DNA of 64,000 nucleotides from Candidatus Thalassarchaeum betae (lineage in GTDB: Archaea; Thermoplasmatota; Poseidoniia; Poseidoniales; Thalassarchaeaceae). The position numbers and the translations under genes are program-made. A model generated the notes under the pieces. The model saw only the letters and a list, made by a program, of their open reading frames with translations. It did not search any database and was not told the origin of the DNA. This document shows, piece by piece, positions 43,994 through 53,011 of the stretch. Where the stretch lies: positions 2,123 through 66,122 of the forward strand of contig JAKUUP010000006.1 of assembly GCA_022447095.1 (NCBI GenBank), written 5' to 3'. Position 1 is the stretch's first letter. Each line of letters opens with the position of its first letter.

Positions 43994-45931
43994 ATGTCAG
44001 ACACAGTTGAACTAGACCGCGCATCAGACCCCCGAGCAGTACGGGGATACGCATTCTATGATTGGGCCAAGTCCTCTTTCGAGACCAGCGTCACTACCGC
44101 GGTGTTGCCCGGGTGGTTTGCTTACATATTCCTGAAGGCGAATGGATTGGAGGCAAGCGTTCTCGGCATGGAAATGACCAGTGACGCGATATGGTCCTTC
44201 TCTGTGACTATCGCCGCCCTTTTCGTTGCTATTCTCGCTCCCTCCCTCGGAGTCATAGCCGACCGACGCGCCATCAAGATATGGTGGCTAAGGATTCTGA
44301 CCTACTTAGGGGCCGGGTCAACATTCATGCTCGCCTTCGCCCCGATGTTTGGAGTTTCCCAACAGTGGGTCTGGCTGATTGTGATGTTCCTGATGGCAAA
44401 CGTTGGCTTGAACGGCGCGGGGGTGTTCTACAACGCTCTCCTCCCCCATTTGGGCACCGACGACGAGATGGACGCCATTTCGAACAAGGCGTACGCCTAC
44501 GGCTACCTCGGCGGCGGACTTCTTCTAGCAGTCCACCTCGGCATGTGGATGACACTCACCGGGGATTGGATTATCCCGTTCATCATGGCCTCATCCGGCG
44601 TCTGGTGGCTAGGATTTGCTTGCCTGACCTTCGCTTGGGTGCCTGAGCCGCCGATTGAGAATGAGATGGAAATACTCGGGGTTGCCGACTCCGCGAAGTT
44701 TGCCTTCAGTGAACTGAAGACGACCCTCGGTCAAATCACTCGCTTCCGCACTCTGTTCATTTACATGCTCGCCTACTTCTTCTTCATTGACGGCATTAAC
44801 ACCGTCACAGCTCTAGCTGGAATCTACGGAGTCACAGTACTCGGCCTGACCATCGGGAATTTGATCGCCATCATCCTAGTAATCCAGTTCGTGGCCGCGC
44901 CTTGTGCAATCGGCTTCACCAAACTCGCGGCGAGGACCTCCACGCACCAAGCTCTCTCATTCTCGTTGGTCATGTGGGTCATAGTCATCTTTGGTGCGTT
45001 ATCCTTCGCCCCACTGGTTCTCGATTCGCATGACGAGTATGACCTCCAGTTCGATTGGGACATGGACGGCGATGGAATCGCCGATTCCGAGGACGATGAC
45101 ACTGATGGTGATTGGTACTCCAATGCGGCTGAGACAGAGGCAGGAACCGATCCGCTGGACCCTTCAAGCACCCCCAACCCCAATCCATCGATATGGTTGC
45201 AGCAACGCCTATCTGGAAAGGGCCAGTATGTCGTATCCGTCGGCGACAGCACCTACGATAACGGCCTGTCTCAGAGCGAGGAGGAGCAGGCTTGGGGATT
45301 AGAATGGTCAGATGTCCTCCCTCTACACTTCGTCGATAACGAAGCAGGGGACACAATCTACGAGTTCGACGATCCCTCTGGCCCAGCAACATCGGTCTTG
45401 AATGTCAGCAGAATATCTGATTTCACCTCTACCTTCGACGAGGACAGCCGCTTGAGCATGAGTATCCAGGGTGGGGATTTGGACGGCACCACCGCACTGG
45501 GCGACGATCACCCTACGAGTCTGGGGGATGGTCCGCTGGATTTCGTATCTGATGCCGCTCGTGACAATCTTTGGGGACCCCTTGGATTCGGAGTCTTCCT
45601 CCAGTTCCTGCTACTGGGTTGCATGGCGGGAGCTCTGCTGGGCGGCTCCCAGGGACTGGCGCGCAGCATCTTCGGCCAGATGGTACCTGAGACCCGCAGC
45701 GCCGAGTTCTTCGGATTCTTCGGATTCTTCGGCAGGGTGGCGGCAATCCTCGGACCGCTCCTGTATGGCACTCTCACAGTGATGTACGACAGCAGAGTTG
45801 GGATAGCCAGCATCTGCGTCCTAATCGTCATCGGCGCGGTTATGATGAAGTGGGTCGATGTCGACGACGGTCGCCGTGCGGCTATGGAAGAGGATGCACG
45901 CAACCGCGGCATCAGCCTCGAGTCCGCGTGA
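43994..45931 (+). CDS. MFS-type transporter with a ~200-aa acidic extracellular insertion carrying thrombospondin-type-3-like Ca-binding repeats
   Basis: About 12 TM helices. Insertion between helices LVLDSHDEYDLQFDWDMDGDGIADSEDDDTDGDWYSN...DNLWGPLGF. ATG at 43994. Confidence 0.75.
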   Translation: MSDTVELDRASDPRAVRGYAFYDWAKSSFETSVTTAVLPGWFAYIFLKANGLEASVLGMEMTSDAIWSFSVTIAALFVAILAPSLGVIADRRAIKIWWLRILTYLGAGSTFMLAFAPMFGVSQQWVWLIVMFLMANVGLNGAGVFYNALLPHLGTDDEMDAISNKAYAYGYLGGGLLLAVHLGMWMTLTGDWIIPFIMASSGVWWLGFACLTFAWVPEPPIENEMEILGVADSAKFAFSELKTTLGQITRFRTLFIYMLAYFFFIDGINTVTALAGIYGVTVLGLTIGNLIAIILVIQFVAAPCAIGFTKLAARTSTHQALSFSLVMWVIVIFGALSFAPLVLDSHDEYDLQFDWDMDGDGIADSEDDDTDGDWYSNAAETEAGTDPLDPSSTPNPNPSIWLQQRLSGKGQYVVSVGDSTYDNGLSQSEEEQAWGLEWSDVLPLHFVDNEAGDTIYEFDDPSGPATSVLNVSRISDFTSTFDEDSRLSMSIQGGDLDGTTALGDDHPTSLGDGPLDFVSDAARDNLWGPLGFGVFLQFLLLGCMAGALLGGSQGLARSIFGQMVPETRSAEFFGFFGFFGRVAAILGPLLYGTLTVMYDSRVGIASICVLIVIGAVMMKWVDVDDGRRAAMEEDARNRGISLESA

Positions 45932-46712
45932 GCCTGTCGATGACCAGTGCGAACTCGAGCAGGACCAGCATAGGTCCGCCGACTAGGAAGAGTGAGAGCG
46001 GGTCGGGTGGTGAGAGTAGCGCGCCCACCAGCAGAGCGGAGAACCAGAAGACCCCGCGGTTTTCCGTGATTGTGGAACGTTCGATGACATCGTAACGCAG
46101 CAGCAGCAGAGCCGCAAGAGGGACTTGGAATCCTAGCACGGAGGCGAAGTACAGCCCAATAATGAAACCAATCCATGATTGCAATTGCCAAGTCGATTCG
46201 AGTCCCGATGCAGCTGCATCCTCCGAGAGGTACTGCAACAGCATCGGGACCAGTATCTCGTGTGCGTACATTGCCCCCAGTACTACTAGAGCCGTGGAGC
46301 CAAGGATGACGAACAGCAGTCCACCGAGGCCACCCCCAATCGGGACGAACTTCTTTCGGCGAGCCTCAGAGAGTATTGCCCTACCGTTCCATCCCAGATC
46401 GCACATCAGGGTCAGCGCGACCAGCACCATACCGAGATTGAATGCTATCCTCAGCCTCAGGAGGACGACTTCCATCGGCTGGAGTATGACAATCTGAACT
46501 CCGTCTGGCTTGTAGCCATCTGCATGCCGCAACCACTCGATGACGTCTTCTGCGGCAGGGTATCCGGCGATGAAAGAAACTAGGAAAACCGCCATGAGTA
46601 GGTAGAGTCTACGATTCAGGTGTTCCACCAAGCCTCGAAGCTCGGCTCTAGGGAGGATATCGACAGGACCTCCGGCCATGTTGTGGCGTGGGTGTCCTGT
46701 TCGTGAATACAT
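45912..46712 (-). CDS. tatC: Sec-independent (twin-arginine) translocase subunit TatC
   Basis: Six-TM topology; N-terminal region LVEHLNRRLYLLMAVFLVSFIAGY is typical of TatC. 266 aa. Confidence 0.85.
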   Translation of the reverse strand: MYSRTGHPRHNMAGGPVDILPRAELRGLVEHLNRRLYLLMAVFLVSFIAGYPAAEDVIEWLRHADGYKPDGVQIVILQPMEVVLLRLRIAFNLGMVLVALTLMCDLGWNGRAILSEARRKKFVPIGGGLGGLLFVILGSTALVVLGAMYAHEILVPMLLQYLSEDAAASGLESTWQLQSWIGFIIGLYFASVLGFQVPLAALLLLRYDVIERSTITENRGVFWFSALLVGALLSPPDPLSLFLVGGPMLVLLEFALVIDRLTRTRG

Positions 46713-46737
46713 CGCAACGTCAACTTGCGACCACGCA

Positions 46738-47889
46738 TCATTTTCTGGTGATGATGGTGAGCAGATCCTCGTCCATGAGGACGTGGTCCAGCCCGACTCG
46801 CTGCCAGTCGAACTTGGCGCTCGGTCCCTTGACCCTAGCGTAGCGGAACTTGCGTACGAAGTCGCGGTGCAGTTTGACGCATACGTCGCGCACAGTTGAG
46901 GTATCCTTGACGATCAGAGGCTCTATGAGGTCAGCCTCCTTGCTCTGCGGCTTGAGGTATATCGACATGAAATGGAGGTTGTCGAAGATGAAGTCCTTCA
47001 TGTGCTCTATGCCTTCCCCCGTTTTGGCTGAGACCTCGAGGACCGGCCAACCCTCTGGCAGCAGCGACCTCGCCTCCTCGAGGTCTTTCTCGGTGGCCAA
47101 GTCTATCTTGTTCAGGACGATGACCGCGTGGCTGTAGATTCTGCTACCTGCCAAAGTGTCGACGATGTGATCGTCTGTGACATCGGTGCGCAGCGTCACG
47201 GTGGCAGAGACTATGCCGAAGCTGCGCACGATACCCTGTATCTCCTCCTCCGTCAGGTTGGTCTGCTCGAGCGTTGATCGGACCACTATTCCGCCCCTCC
47301 TCGTCCTCGTGATGAATACCTGAGGCGGATTCTGATTGAGCCTCATCCCAGATTTCCAGAGCTCGTGGTCGAGAATCTCGAAGTGAGCACCCTGGAAAGG
47401 GTCGACGACATACAGAACCATGTCCGTGCTGCGGATGACGTTGAGGATCTCACGACCCCGACCCTTGCCTTCGGCAGCCCCTTTGATTAGACCAGGCAGG
47501 TCGAGGATCTGAATCTTGGCACCGCGGTGTTCCATCAGGCCGGGTATGCAAGTCAGTGTGGTGAATGCGAAGTCACCGATGTTGGAGTCAGCCTCAGTCA
47601 ACTGGGAGATTAGGCTGGATTTTCCGACACTCGGGAAGCCGACCAGCGCAACCGAAGCATCGCCGGACTTCTTGACCTCGAAACCGGGGCCACCGCCGCT
47701 GGATTTGGCATGTGCCTGTGCTTTCTCCTTTCGGGCCTTAAGCGCGGCTATCTTGGCCTTGAGCTTGCCAATGTGGCCCTGAGTGGCCTTGTTGTACTTA
47801 GTCTTGGAAATCTCGTCCTCGAGGGACTTGATCTGCTCTTCTATGGTTGCCAGTACAATCCCTCCAGTGCCTTCCCGAACGCCACCCAC
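46738..47889 (-). CDS. DRG-family (Obg/Rbg1-like) GTPase with C-terminal TGS domain
   Basis: N-terminal coiled region ...TKYNKATQGHIGKLKAKIA. G1 GFPSVGKSSL, G3 DLPGLI, G4 NKID. GTG start. Confidence 0.85.
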   Translation of the reverse strand: MGGVREGTGGIVLATIEEQIKSLEDEISKTKYNKATQGHIGKLKAKIAALKARKEKAQAHAKSSGGGPGFEVKKSGDASVALVGFPSVGKSSLISQLTEADSNIGDFAFTTLTCIPGLMEHRGAKIQILDLPGLIKGAAEGKGRGREILNVIRSTDMVLYVVDPFQGAHFEILDHELWKSGMRLNQNPPQVFITRTRRGGIVVRSTLEQTNLTEEEIQGIVRSFGIVSATVTLRTDVTDDHIVDTLAGSRIYSHAVIVLNKIDLATEKDLEEARSLLPEGWPVLEVSAKTGEGIEHMKDFIFDNLHFMSIYLKPQSKEADLIEPLIVKDTSTVRDVCVKLHRDFVRKFRYARVKGPSAKFDWQRVGLDHVLMDEDLLTIITRK

Positions 47890-47972
47890 GCCCCGCCTAG
47901 GGTTCTTGAAACCGGTGGCGTTCTAACGCTCGCCATAGGCGAGCGAGGGTTCTTTGGGTACCACCGGGTGGT

Positions 47973-48671
47973 GTGTTCAGGGCGAGTGCCGTGGCCGATG
48001 TGATGCTGCTTCTGGTTGATCGCGAGGCCTTCGATAGACTGTGCTCGATGCCTCTAGAACAGTTACTCGACGGTATGCAGGGACAAGCACTCAGGGATAG
48101 TCGTCCCGAGGCCGACCCGCGCTTCCACCGAGGCTTCGACGCCGATTTGGAAGGTGATGTATTGGAGTGGTCCGATGAGACAGAGGGAGCAGAGCCGGCA
48201 GTATCGCTATCAGAACAGCCAATCGACTCTGAGTCGGCCTGCGGGCTGGCATTAGCCCTAGCCCGTTGGTGCTCTATCGGAGAATGGCGATGCTGGGACG
48301 CCCGACTCTATCTCTACATCGAACCATTGCTAGACAGAAACTTCTCTGCCGAGGAGTTTCTCCGACCTGAGGTGTGGGCGGAGTTCTCTGAAGCCCTCGC
48401 CAATACCGATCGGGTTTCCTACTCAGAATCGGTTGTACTTGACTGGATGTCCCGCAGGCAGGAACTCGGCGAAACGATGGAGCCTTCCGAAGACCCTAGA
48501 ATCCTACCTACGATGGAGGCGCATCGAAGCGCCAGCGAATCCCTACACACCTTCCTTGACAGAGCCCGTCGCGAGGGGCTTTCCCTGCTGATCGGCAGAG
48601 AGTACCTCGAGCCAGGTCGATGGAACCTCGACTCAGAATCTCTCCATTCTGCTCTGGGGGCAACGGCATGA
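47973..48671 (+). CDS. hypothetical acidic protein, translationally coupled to NMNAT
   Basis: ORF stop overlaps the nadM ATG (ATGA at 48668-48671); no recognisable domain. Confidence 0.4.
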   Translation: MFRASAVADVMLLLVDREAFDRLCSMPLEQLLDGMQGQALRDSRPEADPRFHRGFDADLEGDVLEWSDETEGAEPAVSLSEQPIDSESACGLALALARWCSIGEWRCWDARLYLYIEPLLDRNFSAEEFLRPEVWAEFSEALANTDRVSYSESVVLDWMSRRQELGETMEPSEDPRILPTMEAHRSASESLHTFLDRARREGLSLLIGREYLEPGRWNLDSESLHSALGATA

Positions 48672-49285
48672 TCGACCTGCCCCTGCACCCTGAGCCGCCA
48701 CCCTCGCCGCCCGACCCTGGCCTAGTCGTACTAGGCCGTTTCCAGCCCGTTCACCGTGGTCACGCATTGATGATAGCCGCCGCCGAGGAGTGGCGCTTGT
48801 CGAACACACCAGAACTTCAACTCATCATCGCCATCGGATCATCAAATCGCCCCGAGTCGATGGGGAATCCGTGGAGCGCTGAGGAGCGTGAGGCGATGCT
48901 GGGTGCTTGGCTGGCCGACAAGGATGGTTACGAAGATGTACTGACCGTGGCTATACCGGACATCGACGACCCTCCAAACTGGGTCGCTCACGCCGAGAAG
49001 TATCACGGTTCTGCCGGTGTTTTCTTCACCAGCGACCTGCCCTCTGCAGGTCTCTACGAGGCCGGTGGTTGGCAGGTCGTCATGACCTCTCTGGAAAAGC
49101 GCGAGCGGTTTGAGGGGTGGCGTGTGCGAGCCACGGCTCAGATGATGTCAACTATAGATGATGACGATGCGGTCCGAACAGTCCTCTCACCTGCCGTGCC
49201 GACTGCCGTGGTGGAACACCTAATCGAGACGCAGGGACTGCGCCGCCTCGCCTTCCTAGGCGAGGGCGGCGAACCGGTCGGCTAA
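48668..49285 (+). CDS. nadM: archaeal nicotinamide-nucleotide adenylyltransferase (NMNAT), with short Pro-rich N-terminal extension
   Basis: (H/T)xGH-type motif VVLGRFQPVHRGHAL. About 205 aa from the ATG at 48668. Confidence 0.85.
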   Translation: MIDLPLHPEPPPSPPDPGLVVLGRFQPVHRGHALMIAAAEEWRLSNTPELQLIIAIGSSNRPESMGNPWSAEEREAMLGAWLADKDGYEDVLTVAIPDIDDPPNWVAHAEKYHGSAGVFFTSDLPSAGLYEAGGWQVVMTSLEKRERFEGWRVRATAQMMSTIDDDDAVRTVLSPAVPTAVVEHLIETQGLRRLAFLGEGGEPVG

Positions 49286-51363
49286 TCCCAGATCCCTTCG
49301 AAGGTGCACGACCCGTCACATGTGTCACTAATCACTCCGGTGTCGAGGAAGTCGAATGCCATGGTATAGGCCGCTGGTTGGGGTACGAGTTGCCCATGTG
49401 CGTTGGAGTGATAGTCTAGGGATCCAGCGAGATTGCCAGTGGGAACCTCGGGGAAATTGCCGTCGAAGTATGCGACTCCTGAGCCCGTGATAGGCCCACT
49501 TACTACCTCCACGCCCCATGGATGCCAGGCGGAAGCCTCGAGATTTGCAAGGCCGCCTGTCCTGACGGCCCTGTCGCAACTCAAAGTCGCTACTTGGAAG
49601 TCGTTCATCGAGGTGATGTAGACCATCTGGAAGGGTTGAATCAACCCCTCTAGGCCATTCTCGTGGTATGGTAGGAAGGTCTCCGCATCAGTTGAATCCC
49701 AGAGGGACTGCATCGCAGCTATCATGATACCCCTGTCGTTCCTAGATGGGTATGCTATGCTCTCGGTGAAAAGCAACTCGAAGGTAATGTAGTGGGTAGA
49801 CCTCTCGATTTGGTGAGTGAAAGAGGATCCTCCTACCCACAGCACTCCGCGGTCCACCTCGGGAACCATGCTCATCAATGCAGGGCCACGGAGCCCTCCA
49901 AAGGATACTCCCCAGTAGTTCACATCCGAGACATCAACCAGATTGGTGCCTTCGTGTTGGAACTCCGGGAGATTCGCGCACACGCCGGTGAATGTCCGCA
50001 TCATAGCGAGGTTGTTGACTATCGACTGCATGTGTCGCTCTTGCTGGTGCTGGAAGTACTCGACGTTGATCAGGGAGTAGGTCAGAGCATCAAAATCGCC
50101 ATCAGAGCTCCATCCCTTCCAATCTGTCCCAATCATCACTCTGCCAGTCATGTTTGCGAACACCCGGTTGGCCAGAACCATGCCATCTCCGTCGCCCATG
50201 AAGCCATGGCCGAGAATTGTCATAGATCCAGAGCGACCCTCCTCGGCCAGAATCTGTGGGATGAGGATGGCGAAGACCACTTCTCGGAATTCGATGAATT
50301 CAGGGGATCCGCTCGCATCCCTGCGCATCGCTGCAGGCGGGTAGTCAGATTCCATGTACTGAGGGGTGCTGAATGTGCCTCGAATCAGGCGAAAAGTCGT
50401 ATTGTCCTCCCCGTAGTCTTCGACGACCTCGGTGACGTTGCAACCTACTCCATCGTCTCCAAGCCTCTGGGATGCATCGTCGCGCATGGTTACCATGTCC
50501 TGCAGGATGGAAGCTGTCGAGGCGGTGTGGAAGAACCAGGATGCCTGCAGCGTGGACCTGTCGACCCCAGCCTCCCCAAGGGAAGTGAACAGTTCCTCGT
50601 AATCGGCGCGCTGTGACTCAATTTGCGGTGAGTCAGTAGTCAGGCCGTCCCTGAGTGCGACGAAAGCATCGGAACCCTCAATCGAATTCCCCTCTGAATC
50701 TACCAGATTGCGGTAAGCGACTCCGTAGGATGCATCGTGGTCGAGACCGCGAACTGTGCGGATGTAGACGAAGGTCGGCTCATCATCTTGGCTCCTCATG
50801 TCGATTTCGACCCAGTGCGGCAGGAGCTCTCCCGTATCGAGGTTCATCAGCAATGTGCCGTGCGTTGGGTCGAGTGAGTCGCCGATACTGTACTGGTCAG
50901 CCATGCCGGAAACGTCCGGAGTAGATTCGAATGTGGTGAATATCTGCGTGGAGGGGCTGTAGCCGTCCAGTCTGTTGATCATGTGGAACTCATCAGATGG
51001 AATTGAACCGGAATCGGGAATCGCCTCACCCGGGATATGCAACCTGTAACCAGTGGCCGTGGTTCCGTCATTTACGAGGAAAGCAGGAGCTGGGAAGGGA
51101 AGCATGCAGTGGTGTGGATTGACATCATCGCAGAACTCTGACTGCGAGGCCAGTACCACATCTGGCTCCGGCTCGGGGTAGGTGCAGGATCTGTCGGGTA
51201 CGGTGGCATGGGGATTGTAGTTGCTCGCGTTCTCATCCATGCAACCGGGCACATCGTCAATCGGCATTGGCTCTTCGAGCAAGCCGGTGGGTTGGGTGCA
51301 ACCCGACAGCAGCATGGAAATAACAAGCAGAATGGCCACCCTAGTCTTGGTTTTTTGACTCAT
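49282..51363 (-). CDS. secreted alpha/beta-hydrolase-family lipoprotein (esterase/lipase-like)
   Basis: ATG at 51363 gives a signal peptide + lipobox MSQKTKTRVAILLVISMLLSGC. Nucleophile elbow GVSFGG. Confidence 0.65.
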   Translation of the reverse strand: MSQKTKTRVAILLVISMLLSGCTQPTGLLEEPMPIDDVPGCMDENASNYNPHATVPDRSCTYPEPEPDVVLASQSEFCDDVNPHHCMLPFPAPAFLVNDGTTATGYRLHIPGEAIPDSGSIPSDEFHMINRLDGYSPSTQIFTTFESTPDVSGMADQYSIGDSLDPTHGTLLMNLDTGELLPHWVEIDMRSQDDEPTFVYIRTVRGLDHDASYGVAYRNLVDSEGNSIEGSDAFVALRDGLTTDSPQIESQRADYEELFTSLGEAGVDRSTLQASWFFHTASTASILQDMVTMRDDASQRLGDDGVGCNVTEVVEDYGEDNTTFRLIRGTFSTPQYMESDYPPAAMRRDASGSPEFIEFREVVFAILIPQILAEEGRSGSMTILGHGFMGDGDGMVLANRVFANMTGRVMIGTDWKGWSSDGDFDALTYSLINVEYFQHQQERHMQSIVNNLAMMRTFTGVCANLPEFQHEGTNLVDVSDVNYWGVSFGGLRGPALMSMVPEVDRGVLWVGGSSFTHQIERSTHYITFELLFTESIAYPSRNDRGIMIAAMQSLWDSTDAETFLPYHENGLEGLIQPFQMVYITSMNDFQVATLSCDRAVRTGGLANLEASAWHPWGVEVVSGPITGSGVAYFDGNFPEVPTGNLAGSLDYHSNAHGQLVPQPAAYTMAFDFLDTGVISDTCDGSCTFEGIWD

Positions 51364-51400
51364 CGAGCCTGTGAAGAGTGAAGTGGTTATCAAATGCCCG

Positions 51401-52465
51401 TCAGGATGAGAGTATCCTGTGGAAGTGGTGAATTCCAGTCTCCTTGGTTGGCGAGTAGCGCCCTCTATCGTACGCCCCGGCCGCAACTCCCCTCTGAGTG
51501 GCCTCCACTATCCCTTGGTCTTCGTCCTCGACCTTGTCGAGGTCGCCCCCGGCCCCTCTGCCGAGTTTCGAACGATCCCAGACGAAGCCGTGGTAGACTA
51601 TTCTGGTCCGGCCGACAGAGAGCGGGATGACGAGGTTCACAGAGAGCCCCCAGGGGTAGAAGTTCAGCATTACACCGGGGTACAGCCAGTAGTAGTAGGC
51701 GGCGATCCGCTGATCGTGATCGGGTGACGACTCTGGTAACTCAAAGCATGCTTCACCCCCGCGTGCGATTCCTACCTGCAGTACCCCTCCCTCAAACAAC
51801 TCGGTCCTGTAAGAGTCGTAGTCGAGCTCCTCGTGAAGGTCGCCGTGGACGTACGGGATGTGAAAACCCTCGAGATAGTTGTCTACATATAGCGCCCAGT
51901 TGGCGTTGATGTCATACGAGCGGTGGCGCGATGGGTCGTGCTCGAACGACTCGATCGGCATCCAACCGATCCTCGACTCAAGCTCGTCTAGACAGTTTTC
52001 GAAGCGACTCGGCTCGGTACCGGCGAACAGTAGTCCCTTCCAGCGCCTTAGAGCAAATTCGACTAGATTGTCGGAGGCAGTAGGAAAACTCTCCACTCCG
52101 TCGAACTCGGGCATGTTGCGGAAGCAACCGTCGAGCCCGAAGGTGCGGCCGTGATAACCACAACGCAGAGTCGTCGCGCTGCACCCCTCGGTGGCCACCA
52201 ACATCCCGCGGTGGGTGCAAACGTTGGACAGGCACCTGATGCCATCGTCTCGGGTCAGAAGCATCGGCTCGCCGACCACATGCTCCATATGATCCAGTGG
52301 CAGGACATTGTTCACTGTCAGTTGACTTTCGTGTGCCGCGAAGTGCCAGCAGTCAGCGAATCCGCCTACTATCTCTGAGAAAACCGACTCATCGGTATAA
52401 TATCGGGACGGCAGCGTCCGCGCCTTCGCAATATCCGCTTCGATGATACACTCTTCCGACATCAC
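51401..52465 (-). CDS. Rieske [2Fe-2S] non-heme-iron oxygenase alpha subunit (VanA/CMO-like)
   Basis: Rieske motif CTHRGMLVATEG...CGYHGRTF. Mononuclear Fe site NYLEGFHIPYVHGDLH. 354 aa. Confidence 0.8.
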   Translation of the reverse strand: MMSEECIIEADIAKARTLPSRYYTDESVFSEIVGGFADCWHFAAHESQLTVNNVLPLDHMEHVVGEPMLLTRDDGIRCLSNVCTHRGMLVATEGCSATTLRCGYHGRTFGLDGCFRNMPEFDGVESFPTASDNLVEFALRRWKGLLFAGTEPSRFENCLDELESRIGWMPIESFEHDPSRHRSYDINANWALYVDNYLEGFHIPYVHGDLHEELDYDSYRTELFEGGVLQVGIARGGEACFELPESSPDHDQRIAAYYYWLYPGVMLNFYPWGLSVNLVIPLSVGRTRIVYHGFVWDRSKLGRGAGGDLDKVEDEDQGIVEATQRGVAAGAYDRGRYSPTKETGIHHFHRILSS

Positions 52466-52968
52466 TCGCCCTCGGCCACTATCACTCTAGCGGCGCGAAG
52501 GACGCGGTCATGGTACATGTAACCGACCTCGACGACCTCGATAACACTCCCGGGTTCTGATCCGTCGGGGGCAGGGACGGTAGCGATAGCCTCCATGTTC
52601 GTCGGGTCAAATGTCGAATCCACCTCTATCTTGGTGACTCCCTCGGCTTTCAAGGCGGCCATGGCGCCTTTGAACGTCAGTCTGACCCCCTCTCGCAGTC
52701 CGTCGGAATCACCACCCTCGGAAGTATCCAGTGCCTTCTCGAGGCTATCTAACAGAGGGAGCATCCTGAGAGCCATCGACATACCGCCGTAGCGCATCGC
52801 CTCCGAGCGCTCCCGAGCGGCACGCTGGCGTGTATTCACCATCTCGGCGGCGGAGTACTGAAGCTCCTCTTCGAGTTCTGCGACCTTTGACTCGAGCACC
52901 TCTACCGGGTCTGCCTCGGTATCCTCGTCGACGGCCTCTGGGGCAACGTCCTCGACTTCATCGGGCAC
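52462..52968 (-). CDS. grpE: GrpE-like nucleotide exchange factor
   Basis: Acidic N-terminus, coiled-coil (ELEEELQYSAAEMVNTRQRAARE), C-terminal beta domain. Stop overlaps the Rieske gene ATG (ATGA). Confidence 0.75.
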   Translation of the reverse strand: MPDEVEDVAPEAVDEDTEADPVEVLESKVAELEEELQYSAAEMVNTRQRAARERSEAMRYGGMSMALRMLPLLDSLEKALDTSEGGDSDGLREGVRLTFKGAMAALKAEGVTKIEVDSTFDPTNMEAIATVPAPDGSEPGSVIEVVEVGYMYHDRVLRAARVIVAEGE

Positions 52969-53011
52969 ACTCCGGCGTCCGAGGACTCATTCAATAATCC
53001 AATGGTTTGCA

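Noticed and set aside
45711-45737. Tandem 9-bp repeat ttcggattc x3
   Set aside because: It lies inside the MFS gene and simply encodes FFGFFGFFG in a TM helix. It is not a CRISPR or satellite array; no spacer-repeat periodicity was found anywhere in the window.
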